Source of the DNA: the human T2T-CHM13v2.0 reference genome, Homo sapiens
DNA length: 64,000 nucleotides
Assembly: GCF_009914755.1 (NCBI RefSeq)
Contig: NC_060932.1
Reading direction: 5' to 3' (one strand)
Made by a program: the position numbers and the translations under genes. Shown here one piece after another: positions 17,064 to 33,202 of the stretch. The notes under the pieces were generated by a model that had not been told where the DNA came from, did not search any database, and saw nothing but the letters and a program-made list of their open reading frames with translations. How positions within the stretch are numbered: the stretch's first letter is position 1; each line of letters starts with the position of its first letter.

Positions 17064-17155
17064 CAATAGAGGGTGCACAGGCACGGGAGCTCAGGTGAGG
17101 CAGGGAGCTGAGCTCACCTGACCTCCCATGCCTGTGCACCCTCTATTATATCACT
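17061..17155 (-). ncRNA. MIR3622B: pre-miR-3622b, antisense hairpin at the same locus
   Basis: The reverse complement folds equally well and contains AGGCAUGGGAGGUCAGGUGA, recalled as miR-3622b-5p. Confidence 0.85.
17065..17147 (+). ncRNA. MIR3622A: pre-miR-3622a hairpin (5p CAGGCACGGGAGCUCAGGUGAG at 17078-17099)
   Basis: 35-bp inverted repeat (33/35 paired) with a 13-nt loop. Sequence recognised from memory as hsa-mir-3622a. Confidence 0.9.
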
Positions 17156-17204
17156 CGTATGTCTACCATTGTTTGCAGATCGTGAGCTGCTTGATGACTG
17201 ATGC

Positions 17205-17324
17205 TAGGGTGACCAACCAACCAAGTATGCCCCAAACCAAAGGGTTTCCTGGGCTTCCTGAGCTAAGGGATGTTCAGTGCTAAAACTGGGAGGCCCAGGC
17301 AAACGGGGAAAATGGGTCACCTTA
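17205..17324. mobile_element. MER81-like hAT-Blackjack MITE within an L2 3' fragment (~17120-17415)
   Basis: TIRs tagggtgacc...ggtcacctta; L2 end gctcagtaaatgtttcctgaa. Confidence 0.75.
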
Positions 17325-19229
17325 TCTGAGACCTTGTGCTACTCATCTCTGAAAGCATTCCCAGGCTTAGCCCCCTATCAGGTGGGTGATGTATGCTCAG
17401 TAAATGTTTCCTGAAAGGCTAGAATATGTGTGAGTAGGACACTTGAAATTCTCCTTTGGTTTCCCATGCAAACTGAGTCCTACAGTGAGAAAGCCAAGCG
17501 TAGTGGCAGATCCTGCCCCAGACACCAGGCTCGCTTGGGTCCTGCCTAGGGCGCCAGCCTCTCTCCCATGTCATTGGTGTTCTGGAAAGCAGATAAACAA
17601 CTGACTTCAAGTCCTATTTAAGTTTTATGGGGTAGCCAAGGTCTTCCAGGGCTCCATCTCCAGGAAGCCCCCTCCCTGCAGCCTGGCTGGCTTTTCTTCT
17701 TCTTCTGGTGAAGTCATCCGACCCCAAGTGGCCCACAGTTTCCTTTCTCTCCACACCTCCCAAACCCGCTGCCCAGTCCTGGCACTGCCTGGGGTTACTG
17801 CTGACCTTTCAGTGCTGTTTGCTCAGAAAGTGCCTTTATGTCAACACAAACAGCCTTCAGGTTTGCCAGGGCCTGGCTCCTTTTCTCCCTGGGGTCCAGG
17901 GTAGAAAAACAATAACCAGTGGGAAGGAGAGCGAGCCATAGGGGAGTGACGCGTCCCTGGACCTTGGGTCTCTGTCCTCTCAGCCCTGTCCCTCAGGGCC
18001 TCCTTTGTCAGAACTCAGTTCTGTGGGGAGAGGGTACTGGGGAGGCAGCGGCTTTAAACAATGCCACAGTGTCTGGCAGGGAGCTGCGTGCTTGACCTGA
18101 TTAGGCTCAGTGAGCCCGGGGGAGGGAGGGAGTGAAGGCAGGCTTGGGAAAGTGTTTTCCATCCCCACCCAACAGACTTTGCTTCCTTGTGTCTCTGCCA
18201 AGACCTCTTTTTGGGGAGGAAAGGCCGAATCGCCTCATTTCTACAGGGGCACCTTGGCCTCGCTCCTCTAAACCTGGGTAAGCTCTTTGACCTGCCTGTC
18301 CCCCTCCCTCTTGTCTTTCCTTCCCACCAACCAGCTCCCAAACAGAAAGTGTTTTTCACACTCGCAGCTCTCCCTCCTCAGGCCCTGCCAGGCCCGAAGC
18401 TGGGCCCAGAGGCCAGCTGGCACCCACATGAAAGGCCTTCCTGTCGAGAACCGGCATGGAACCCAGGGCCTCAAGGCTGCCCACACCACAGCCCTGGCCC
18501 GGGGTCCAGAGCACAGGGCCACGGAAACTTGGCCACAAGGCTCTGGGGAGAAAAACAGCCTGAGCCGCACAGGAGAGGAGCCTCCCATCCCCGCAGCCTG
18601 GCTGGGCACATCAAGGGAGAAAGCGCAGTGCCCAGAATCCTTTGAACATGAAGCCGCAGCACCTGCACCTGGCAGAGGACCCGGGAACCAGGGATTCGTG
18701 CTGGGGGCAGCACTTGGGGTTTGTTAGTGCAGGTGGAGAGAAAACAGGAGAGTAGCAATTTCCAACCCGTCAGCAGAAAAAAGTGAAAGCTGAGAAGTCA
18801 GGGTGAGGCTGGAGGGGACAGGATGGGGTGGCTGGGTGGGCCCAGAATTGAGATCTGATTTGCAAAATGGTGGCAAAAGGCAACAGGCTGCGGCTCCCTT
18901 GAGAGAAAAACCTGGTCTCCCAACCGGCAATGGGTGTGGTTATCAAACGCACAGCCATGCCTGTTCCCAGGATGCAGGTGCAGTCTGGATAAACTGAGAC
19001 TAGGGTTGGGGGGGATCTGTTCAAGGTTGCACAGCACCTTCAAGATGGGGCTTGAACTACAAACCCAGGACTCCGGACCTGGAAAGAATCTCCTAGGAGG
19101 TTCTGGAGGGTTCATTCTTGGACAGAAATCTGGGAGAACCTACAGCAAAATGGCAACAATGTGATTGTGGGTAACTTAAAGTTTGTGGTTTTGTGTGTGG
19201 TTTTTTGTTTTTTGCTTACCTGTGCTTTC

Positions 19230-19263
<34 letters not shown>

Positions 19264-19549
19264 GTGAGAAAAAAATACCTGTGGGGAAAAAAACATAATG
19301 GAAAATAAGAGTTTTGATGAAATGATACACTACACATAAGGTGTTAAGCAGGATGAGGGGCTGGCATTTAATAATGGATAAATAAAGGTTAAAAGTAATT
19401 AGCTTAAGGGGAGAGAGGGCAAGGAAGAGGAAGCAGAAGGAAGGGAGAAAGGGGAAAGAGGAACATCCAAAGTAAGGAAGAAGTCAAAGCTAAAGGAAAG
19501 GAGTGAAAGAGGGAAAGGAGAAAGAATATTAACAAGAAGAGTGAATATT

Positions 19550-19845
19550 GGCCAGGTACAGCAGCTCATGCCTATAATTCCAGTGCTTTGAGAGGCAGAG
19601 GCAGGAGGATCACTTGAGCCCAGGAGTTTGAGACCAGCCTGAGCAACACAGCAAGACCTTGTCTCTACAAAAATTGAAAAAATTAACCAGGCTTAGTGGC
19701 ACGCATCTGTAGTCTCAGCTACTCAGGAGACTTAGGAGGAAGGATTGCTTGAGCCCAGGAAGTCAAGGCTGCAATGAGCTATGATTATGCCACTGCACTC
19801 CAGCCTGGGTGACAGAGCAATACCCCACCTCAAAATGTATAATAA
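19550..19845 (+). mobile_element. AluJ-like
   Basis: Full dimer; TSD agtgaatat. Confidence 0.9.
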
Positions 19846-20989
19846 TAATTTTAAAGAATAAATTTAATTTTTTAAAATAGTGAATATCTTCACGGATTCC
19901 TGGATCTCAGTGCTGCCTCGCAAAGACAAAATAAATATCAAAGTATCAGTCATCAAGTTAGCACACTCCTCACCTTCCTTCAGGTCCGTGTGAAAGACCC
20001 TGGGTTGGGCTGGACTAGAGGGAAGTTTCCTGAACTAGCTGTGGTTCCAGCTGTGTAGACAGTTAGTTGGTTACTAACAGCATTCACAGAGCGTCTGCAA
20101 TGGGGGTTGTTTCATATGACTAGTTTCTAGGATTCCATCACACACACACACACACGCACACACAGAAGACACTGGGCACCTCATTTCAGAAGCGTCATGC
20201 CTACTGTTTGGAAATGAGTGTTCTACGTGTCCTCTCTGGAGGGAGGCTGAGCTGGAGATGGGAGGGAGTCTTTGCTGCCAGCGCCCTGCAGGGTAATCCA
20301 ACCATCCTTGGTGACATCATGTTTTCTGAGTGGATGTTTGCTTCAGAAGCTGCAAAATAATCTCAACTTTCAGCCCCAACTTCTCCCCAGGAGGGCAGCA
20401 TCCTGTGAATTTGGCCAAAACGGAACTCACACCACAGCTCATTAAGGGAGCAATCAGCGAGGGTACCAAAATGCTGCCTCCCTCACACTTTCCACCCTGC
20501 ATCCCCCATCAAAACTCTCATAGCCTGTGTCTCTCTGGGTGCCAGAGGGAGAGAAAATGCATGTTCCAATGGGGTATTGAGGAAGGGAGAGGAGAAAGAG
20601 GGGCAGGTCGAAGGAGCCTGGTAGAGAAAGGGGGTGACCCCACCTGGCTCCCTCCAGGGCTGGGGTCTCTTGTGACAGGCACTGGGCTGATGGAAAGCAG
20701 CTGCGGGACCTTGGCAGACCCAAGTGGGGCCAGCTGGAGAGAGAAACTACCCCTGAACGTCATAGGAATTTAATGCCCACTGAGCTAGGGGAGCCAATGT
20801 CAACATCTCTGAGCCAGAGGCCAGGGACTAGCAAAGCAAATGCAGCTCAAAAGATGAGGTGCCCCATCACCCGACAGGGGCTCCTTGGCTGTGAAGCCAG
20901 AGGGATCTTAGTTCAGATTCCGGCTGGGTGACCTTGAGTAATTTACTTGGCCCTTCCAAACCTCACCTTTTGCACCTGACGTGGGGCTC

Positions 20990-22140
20990 CAGTCATTTCT
21001 TCATGTATTCATTTGTTCAATAAGTATTTACTTAGTGTGTACCATGTGCCACGCACCGTGCATACAACAGCAATCAAACTATTGTCCCTATTGTCCCTGC
21101 TCCAAAGGAAGTTGTAGCTTAGTGAGGACAAGCAAAAAGGTTCTTCTAAAACAGAATGAGAATTTCTACCCTAGCGATATACACTGGGAAGGATAGGAGT
21201 ATAAACTAGTCTTGAGACCAAAAAATCTTTCTGTAAGAAGGAACATCTAAGTTGAGACTTGCAAGATAAGTAGGAGTTCTTGCAAAAAGAAAGAAAAAGC
21301 AATGTGTGCACAGAGCTGGTGGTGAGAGAGAGCACGGCTTCATGAAAAAGAAAAAAACAATGTGTGCACAGAGCTGGTGGTGAGAGAGAGCATGGCATCA
21401 TGGAGGAACAGAAATAGTTCAGCATGGCTGGAGATGGAACATGTTTGGTAAAAAGGAGCTCAGGGAGGGTGAGGCTGAAGAAGGGAGTGAAGGTCTGACT
21501 ATGGAGGCCTTGTATAGCATGCTTGAGTTTATTTGTTTGTTTTTGTTTTTGTTTTGAGACAGAGTCTTGCTCTGTCACCAAAGCTGGAGTGCGGTGGCAT
21601 GATCTTGGCTCACTCACTGCAAACTCTGCCTCCCGGATTCAACATTCTCCTGCCTCAGCCTCCCGAGTAGCTGGGATTACAGATGTGCACCACCATGCCC
21701 AGCTAATTTTGTATTTTTGGTAGAGATGGGTTTTCGCCGTGTTGGCCAGGCTGGTTTTGAACTCCTGACCTCGAGTGATCTGCCCGCCTCGGCCTCCCAA
21801 AATGCTGGGATTACAGGCATGAGCCACCATGCCCGTCCTCATGCTTGAGTTTAGATTTCATCCTGAGTCTACACTTGAATGAAGGTTTCCAGTAGGGGAA
21901 TGAGATGATCAGATTTCTGTGGCTAGAGGGTGCAGAACTGATTGGAGGAGAGAAGGACACGAGATGGGGAAAAGACTGTTAGAGGGAAGCTGTTGGAAGG
22001 ATCCAGGCAAGAGGCAGCAGAGGTCTGAGCTGTGGAGGTGAAGAGAAGGCAGAGAAGACAAAAGCAGGTAAATGTGAGAGGTGTTGGAGAGGGAGAATGG
22101 ATGAAACTTGGGGACTGAGTGGATGTTGCAGTGGAAGAAG
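20990..22140 (-). mobile_element. L2 fragment, interrupted by AluS (21528-21839, minus)
   Basis: cattcatttgttcaataagtatttac (antisense L2 3' end); Alu TSD catgcttgagttt. Confidence 0.75.
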
Positions 22141-22229
22141 AGGAGGCTTGGAGGTGGGAGGAGTCGGGACTATTTTTGGACTGAGGAGGAGGAATGTTCT
22201 AGTTAGGAGTGATACCTATGAGAAAAGAA

Positions 22230-24010
22230 TCAATCACCCCCACAGAGCTCTGAAGTAGCTCAGAACGTGAAGGCACCAGGTAGGGAGGAGGGCAAGGTGA
22301 GGTATAGGAGGAAAATGAGGGCATAGGATGGAAAGCCACCTATCTTCAGAATGCTAGCAGTCAAATACCTACTCCTTAGGCAAGAGACAGGGGTTATTCT
22401 TAGGAGAAAAAGAACAGAAGAGGTCATGGACTTGGGGCTCCAAGCACCAAATAGTGAGGGTGAGATTTAGGGCTGAAAAGGAGGTATCAATTGAAAGCCT
22501 AACCATGGGGTAGTCAGTTCTCCAGCCCCTTCCTTTTGTCCTACCTGCTGATGGGCATCTTTCCCTCAGGTTGGAAAATATGATTCTTTAGAGAAACTGA
22601 AGAGTCTACAAGGAATAAAACCTCCAGGTACTAATTGTTTTGAGTGGGGTTGAAGTCCCCCAAAGGAATGGCAAAGTCTCTTCCCTGTTACCCCAAAGTG
22701 ATAAGCTACACAGACCTTCCAATCAACTTTTGTAGTTTCTCATTCTTAAGTATGAACAGACAACCAGTCTGATATGCTCAGAGAAATATAAGGCCATAAA
22801 ACAAGAACTAGCTGCTATGAAAAAAGGAACAATCATTTAATAATAGATTTTGAAAATTAATAAGTCAAAAAAAAAACATTCAACAGAAAGGCCAGAATAT
22901 GTTCTTGAGGACATCTCCCAAAAAGTAGAAGAAAAAAAATGAGGACTAACAGAGAAAAGGTAAGAACATTAGGGAATAAAACCAGAAGTTCAATAACTTA
23001 CTAGCAGAAATTCCAGAAAGAGAGAGAGAAAATGGAAAGAAATTATCAAATAAATAAGAAAATTTTCCAGAACTAAAGAGTGCATGTCACTGAATTAAAA
23101 GAACCTGCCAAGAGCCTGCCACAAAAAATTTTAAAAGGCCTAAAATGTAGGAGTTTGATCTTAAAATTTGAGAACATCAAGCATAAAGAAAAGAACTGAA
23201 AAACTTCCAAAAAAAAAAAAAAATAAGAAGAATGGTACTGAATGTCTCCAGAGCAAATGCATCTAAAAATGATGGGAGAAAATTATCTTCAATCTGCATT
23301 TCTGTACCCAGTTAATCTATCAGCTAATTGTGAGAGCAGGAGAAATGTTTGCCAGACATGCAAAGATTCAGAAAATTTACTTCCCATCCACACTGTCTTG
23401 GAAAACTATAAGAGAATAGGCCAGCAAAGCAAAAGCATCAACCCAGATGGAAAAAGTCATATATTCCAGGAAATGGGGTTGCAACTCAGAGGCACAATAA
23501 AGAAAAGTCTTAGAGGACCCTTTGCAGCAGACCTAAGGAATAGCCGTCCAAACTAGAGAAGAATAGAGGGCTCTGAAAGGGAGATCTTTAGGAAAAACAT
23601 AGGTTGATAACATAAATGATATGATAGGTTATACAATGGATCCTTTGAAAAGAAGTATAGAACATTATGCAGGTGAAAATATGGGCAATTAATAACTCAA
23701 GGAAAAACAAAAAGCTACAAAGGAAAGAGAATGTAATCATAGCATACTACTTGACTCTGCTACAAACAATGTTTAAAAAGTCTTAATGATGTAAACCCTG
23801 ACTGCTAACTTAAAATAAAAAATAGTGATTCAACTATATTGAGAGGATGGGGTGGGGGACATAGTAAGAGCTACACAATCTCGTAACTCTATCATAACAA
23901 AAAATTTGTCTAAATATGCCTATAAATGTCTAAAATGACATATCAAGAAAAAAGAATAAGCATAATATTATAGAGATAACTACCAAAAGAAAGGGTGAAA
24001 AAAATCGTCT
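22230..24010 (+). mobile_element. HAL1 / old L1 ORF1-like fragment
   Basis: aaaattttccagaactaaag and gaattattc-like ORF1 motifs, A-rich. Confidence 0.55.
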
Positions 24011-24072
24011 TGGTGGTGGGTTAGCGGACAGTTTCAGAATGTGGAGAGATATGAGACAGATAATAACTTCTT

Positions 24073-24162
24073 TAAAAAATTTTTCAATTTTTATTTTACA
24101 TTCAGGGGGTACATGTGGAGGTTTGTTACATGGGTATATTGTGTGATGCTGAGGTTTGGGGG
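24073..24162 (-). mobile_element. Short L1PA/PB 3' end
   Basis: gggggtacatgtggaggtttgttacatggg; TSD ataataactt. Confidence 0.8.
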
Positions 24163-25350
24163 ATAATAACTTGTTCATTATAGACTTTAAAAACCACATC
24201 TGGATGTTTCTTTTATACAACTTTTTTAGTTAAAAAAATTAAATGTAAATAAAATAGCAAAAAAGAAATGTGAGTTTCTATTCCCACTTTCCCTCCCTTA
24301 CAGTGTGTGGAAGTCTCTAACAGAGTAGCTTTTTTGGTTTCAAAGTCAGGAAAACGGGGAAAGGCAAGTTGCTGAAACACATCTACGTCTATGACTGTCT
24401 TCTGGGTAGGAAGCACAGAGATAAAGTTGGTAAAGTACCCAGCACAGAATATGTCCTCGAGAAATGTTGACTTTCCTTTTCTCTCCACCTGAAGGAGCAT
24501 TTCTCATATTTATTTATTTAATTAAATGAACATAGTCTTCAGAGAAAGGCAAGGAATCAGGCAGGCGCATTCTCCAGAAGCCCAAGTTAAAAGAAGATTT
24601 AGTGACAGTCTTGTTGGGTGCAGGTTTCTAACCTGTGAGTGATCATGAGAATTACCTGAGGGATTTTTACAAGAAAAGATTTCTGGGCCTTACCCAAGTT
24701 TTGGGGTAACTTGGGCCCAGGGAGGAGAAGTCCTTGACCGGGCCAGGAAGAGGCAGGACCAGAATGAAGGCCCTGGCCTTCTGCCCACAGCACTGTAGAC
24801 TCCACACACTCACCTGGGTTTCCATACCACCCTGATTTTCTCTTTAACAGATACCATTGGGTTCTGGAGGCTCCAACCATGCATGTGTTTGGGTAGTAGT
24901 GTTGAGACCCAGCACTGAGGCAGGGGGAGGCGCTTGGGGGCTGTTTGTGTGCAAGTCCTAATAGAAGCCAGCTCAGATTCAACTGCTCACCCTCAAATTC
25001 CCCTAAATCTGGAGGGGCAGTGGTGCTCCTTTGTCCTGCAGGCAGCTGCTGGCTTCCCAAGATGCCCAGAGACATGGGATGCTGGCCAGGGCTGGAGCCA
25101 GGAAATCCAGCTGTGTCATTTGCCAGGCCCCACCCAGTGCTGATGCCTGGTTCCAGCCAACTGTGATTCACCTACTTCATCACTTAGCCAGATGCCACCC
25201 ACTATCCCCACTTCCTTTCCCTCCCTCCAGATCACCCTCCCTGCAGGTGGTTGAAGGAGTGACCCAGGCAGTTCTGCCTTAGGACCCAGCTGTCAGGATC
25301 CCCAGGTCAGCAGATTCAGTGGTATTTGATTACAGAAAATCAAAGAGAGA

Positions 25351-25650
<300 letters not shown>

Positions 25651-26299
25651 TTATGCTTGAATAATTCCCCCATGCTCCTTTTCGCAATATCTTTATAGTG
25701 TGGGGCCAAGAAAAATCCTCTTCAGGAGAAGGAATTGAAAATAACAACAATATTGCCATACATTCGCATATTATTTTATACATACAGCCTCTTTTGCATA
25801 CATTACCTCAGACATGTAACCCTCACAACCACTCCTTAAGCTTGTTATTGAAAAAATTCAAAGCATAACGAAAGTAAAGATCAATGAACAATTAAGTACC
25901 GATTAAGTACCCGGATGAACGAAAACTATCACCCCATGGCCGCACGTCTTTCAACTGCCTCATTGCCACTCCACTTTCCAAAACAAACGGATTGTTTTGA
26001 AGAAATCCATAATATCATCAAATTTCCAGTGAGTGTTCAAATTTCCGAAATCTACATATCACCTTTACTTGATGTCTCTCAAGTCTCTTTAAATTTGTAG
26101 GTTTCCACTCCCTCTTTTTTCTTTTTCCTTGCAAAGATTATTTGTTGAAGAAACCAGGCCATTTTTCCTATAGTTTCTCACATTCTGGGTTGTGCGGATG
26201 GTATTTCTAAAACATGTTCTGCTGTTCCAGATCTTTCCTGTAAACTGAAAGTTAGATCTATAGATGTGAGATATGATTTCGAGCAAGAATCTCTCATAG

Positions 26300-26624
<325 letters not shown>

Positions 26625-27655
26625 TGATGTTAGTAGACATTGGTGATCATTGTCTAGTGCTCCATTAGCTCATAAGGGGTTTGCAAAATGGTGATTCTGG
26701 TATTGCATCTTCACTTACTAGCTGGAACTCTTCCAGAGAGAAGCATTTCAATCCATTGCACTTATTTTTCTTATTGTACTCAAATAGTCCCATCTTTGTC
26801 CTCCTCAAGTTAGTTCCTGAATTCCTCTGAACCAACCTCAGTAGTCTTCCATAGTTCCCTGGCTTTCTGGAATGATAACATCTTCTTGGCTTATCTTGTA
26901 TATCTTCTGTCTTACATCTGGAATCCAAAATTCTTTTAAGAACCCTAATTCCTTTTGGTGGAAAATGGTATTTAGAATTTATAATCTAGGTATAGGAAGT
27001 ACTCATTGCTACTGGTTGGTCATTGCTTCTAAGCCTCTTTGATGGACAGAGCTAGGAAATATATATTTTTGTATTTATTAATGTGTTTAAAATAACAAAA
27101 ACTTATCATAATTTAAATTATTATATATATTTAAAATAGACCTTTTTTAGAGCAGTTTTAAATTCACAGCAAAATTTAGAGGAAAGTACAGAGTTCCCAT
27201 ATACTCCCTGCCCCGACATATGCACAGCTTCCCCTATTATTAACCTCCCCCACCACAGTGGTGTGTTTGTTATAATTGATAAACCAATACTGACACACAT
27301 TATTACCCAAAGTCCATAGTTTACATTAGGGTTCACTCTTGGTGTTGTACAGTCTGTAAGTTTGGGCAAACGTATAATGACGGGTATCCACCATTACAGT
27401 AGGAGAATAAAACAAGAAGTTCAATAACTTATTAGCAGAAATTCCAGAAAGATAATTTATTTCTGGAATTCTCTTTCACTTTCCTAAAAATCCTGTGTTC
27501 CACTTCTTCAGCCCTCCCTCCATCCTAATCCCTGGAAACCAGTGATCTTTTAACTGTCTTCATAGTTTTGCCTTTTTCAGAATGTCACATAGTTGGAATC
27601 ATACAGTATGTATGCTTTTCAGGCTGGCTTCTTTCTGTTAGTAATATGCATTTAA

Positions 27656-28050
<395 letters not shown>

Positions 28051-29205
28051 TTATTTATCCATTCCCCTCTGAAGAACATCTTGATGGCTTCCAAGTTTTG
28101 GCACTGATGAATAAAGCTGCTATAAACATCCATGTGCAGGCTTCTGTGTAGACGTAAGTTTTTAACTCCTTTGGGTAAATACCAAGGAGTATGATTGTTG
28201 GGACTTATGGTAAAAATATAAAAATATACATTTTAAAATGCTATTTTTTAGTTTTGAAAAAAAAACCTCAAACTCATGAAAAAGTTCCAAGTAAAGTACA
28301 AAGTACTGTTTCCCCTAAACATTTGAGCATAAGTTGTTAATACAATGTCCTATGATTCCCAAATAATTTAGTTGTATTTTCACCAAACAAGGATATTTTC
28401 CTTCATAGGCACAATACAACCATCAAAATCAAGAAATTAGCATTGACACTTTTACTAACTTCTAGTAATCATACTCCATTTAGGTTTTGTTGTGATCTCA
28501 ATAACAGCTTTTATAGCAAAAGATCCAATTCAGAACCATGGGTTGTATTTGACCATTTTGTTTCCTTTATTAAACTTTACATCCTTGACATTATTGAAGA
28601 TCATAGGGCAGCCACTTTGTGGAATGTCCCACAGTTTGTGTTTGATGTCTTCTCATTATTAGATTCAAGTTTTACATCTAGGGCAAGAATATCACGTAAG
28701 TGATGTGTTCTCACTGCATCTTATTAGGTGACACACAAGTTCATTTGTTAGATTACAAATGATTAAGGTGGTGACTGCCAGGTGTTTCCTTTGTAGAGTA
28801 ACTCTTTCCTCTTGTAATCAATAAGCGTTTCACGGAGATGTACTTTGAAATTGTGTAAATACCCTATTCTTTGTCAAACTTTCAAGCTGTTCATTTACAT
28901 ATTTTCATCGGTATGTACTCATGGTTCCCTATTTTATCAAATGGATTATAATCCATTGGGATCCTTATTTGCTTTGATGCTCAGATTATCTCAGATGTGG
29001 TCATCAGAGGCCCCTTCAGACCAGGTTCTGTGTCTCTCTGAGTTGTCCCCATTGTTCCTGGACACTTCCTTACTTTCTGCTGCTACAAAAAGATATTCCA
29101 GGCTCATCTTGTACTTTGCCTGCCCCAGCTGTGAAATCAGCCATTTCTCCAAGGAAACCAGTTCCTTTTTGTGAAGAATGGGATTTAGAAACCACAATCA
29201 GGATG

Positions 29206-29922
29206 TGACAGAGTTTGGATATTTGTCCCTGCCCAAATCTTGCATTGAATTTTAAGCCCCATTGCTGGAGGTAGGGCCTGGTGGGAGCTGTTGGGGTCAT
29301 GGGGGCAGCTCCCTCATGGCTTGGTGCTGTCTTTGCCATTGCGAGCTCTTGTGAGATCCAGTCATTTAAAAGTGTGTGGCACTTCCCCTCTTCACTCTCT
29401 CTTGCTCCCGCTTTTACCACGTGATGTACCTGCTTCCCTTTCACCTTCTGCCATGATTAGAAGCTTCCTGAGGCCTCCTCCCCAGAAGGAGATGCCAGTG
29501 CCATGCTTCCTGTACAACCTGCAGGACAATGAGCCAATTAAACCTCTTTCCTTTAGAAATTACCCAGTCTCAGGTATTCCTTTTTTTTTTTTTTTTTTTT
29601 TTGAGACGGAGTCTTGCTCTGTCTCCTAGGCTGGGGTGCAGTGGCGCAATCTTAGCTCACTGCAACCTCCGCCTCCCTGGTTCAAGCAATTCTCTGCCTC
29701 AGCCTCCCAAGTAGCTGGGATTACAGGTGCCCGCCACCACGCCCTGCTAACTTTTGTATTTTTAGTAGAGATGGGATTTCACCATCTTGGGCAGGCTAAT
29801 CTTGAACTCCTGACCTTGTGATCCACCCGCCTCGGCCTCCCAAAGTGCTGGGATTACAGTTGTGAGCCACCACGCCGGGCCTCAGGTATTTCTTTATAGC
29901 CACACAAGAGTGGCCTAACACA
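29206..29922 (+). mobile_element. MST (MSTA-like) solo LTR containing AluS (29581-29881, minus)
   Basis: TG...CA termini with perfect 5-bp TSD GGATG (29201-05 / 29923-27). Confidence 0.9.
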
Positions 29923-30272
29923 GGATGCTAGCTGGGCTTATGGCTTTATAAAGTGTCTGTGTTCTCAGGATTTCTCAAAGGACACAGCTAGGGGAGATAA
30001 AAATACACACATACACCCATCTATATTTATATTTATTTTGATTTCCATATCTATATCTATTTATAAGAAACCATGAGTTCACTTCCTGTCCAATACCACA
30101 GGACCCATTCTGTTTTCTCCCTTTCTGTATTTGTAATACTTTTCTCCAATGCTTGGAGCCAAGAAAAATCCTCTTCAGGAGAAGGAATTGAAAATAAAAA
30201 ACAGTATTGCTTTACATTTACATATCATGTATACATACAGGCTCTTTTGTATATGTTACCTCAGATATTTGA

Positions 30273-30613
<341 letters not shown>

Positions 30614-30969
30614 TCAGGTTTTTTATTGAAGGCTCTAAGTCCAAAAGCCTAGAATGCCCACCTCATTAATTTCATCTTTAAATTAATCTGGCTTTTATTT
30701 TCCTTAATATATATACTCATTGGACCAACTCCCACTCAATCTCCCATAGCTGCTGCCACTTCCCATCCTATGAGGCTCCCACTACTCACCCTACCAGGGC
30801 TCTGATACCTTGCACTGGGCTGCCACCACCAATGCTCCACATGGATACCCTCCCCGCCCCACCCATGGTCCAGCACTCCGCAGCAGCTACTTCTCCACAC
30901 AGGAACTCTCCTTACCTTACTCAGGCTCTGACACCCATGCTGGGAAGCCCAGCCTTCCCACTTCGCACC

Positions 30970-31013
<44 letters not shown>

Positions 31014-31245
31014 CACACACAGACAGATAGACACAGACAGGAACAGACAGACTGACAGATAGATGATTGATAGACACAGGCAGACAGAAAGGTAGAGACA
31101 GACACAGACAGACAAACACAGTCAGACAGACAGATAGTAGACAGACACAGGCAGAGATAGATGATGGATAGATAGATGACAGATATAGATAGATAGATAG
31201 ATGATAGATAGATAGATAGATAGATACATAGATAGATAGATAGAA
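30970..31245. repeat. Compound (AGAT)n/(AGAC)n STR
   Basis: Ten perfect AGAT units, then degenerate AGAC/AGAT. Confidence 0.95.
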
Positions 31246-31385
31246 AGAAACATAGACACATAGAAAAATAGAAATGCAAAGGGGTATATGAGTGTATCTC
31301 TACTGAGAGGGCCTGAGAGCAGCAACACTCCAGTAGAAATAAGCATGCCTGGCCCTGACATCTTGGTCATTTGACATCACTCTTA

Positions 31386-32560
<1,175 letters not shown>

Positions 32561-32865
32561 GTCTCTAGGTGAAGTTCTTTGCAAATTTCCTGGAAGATTA
32601 AAATAGCTCCACAATAAAATTTCATAGCTAGATACAGATACAGATGTGGGTATAGCTATAGATGTGGGTATAGCTATAGATGTTGATGCTGATATCAATA
32701 AACATGAGAACGACACCAACGAACAACATAATACAAGTGATAACCTACAGCAGCAGAGTGGGAGAATGGAAGGAGTCAGGCATGGGGCCCAGACTTCTCA
32801 ATGTACGTCTTTCCATGTAATTTTTATTTTGAACTATATGATTGTATTAACTATTCAAAAAATAG

Positions 32866-33202
<337 letters not shown>

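Noticed and set aside
32643-32684. 18-bp repeat gatgtgggtatagctata x2
   Set aside because: Ordinary slippage duplication with no spacers; not CRISPR-like.
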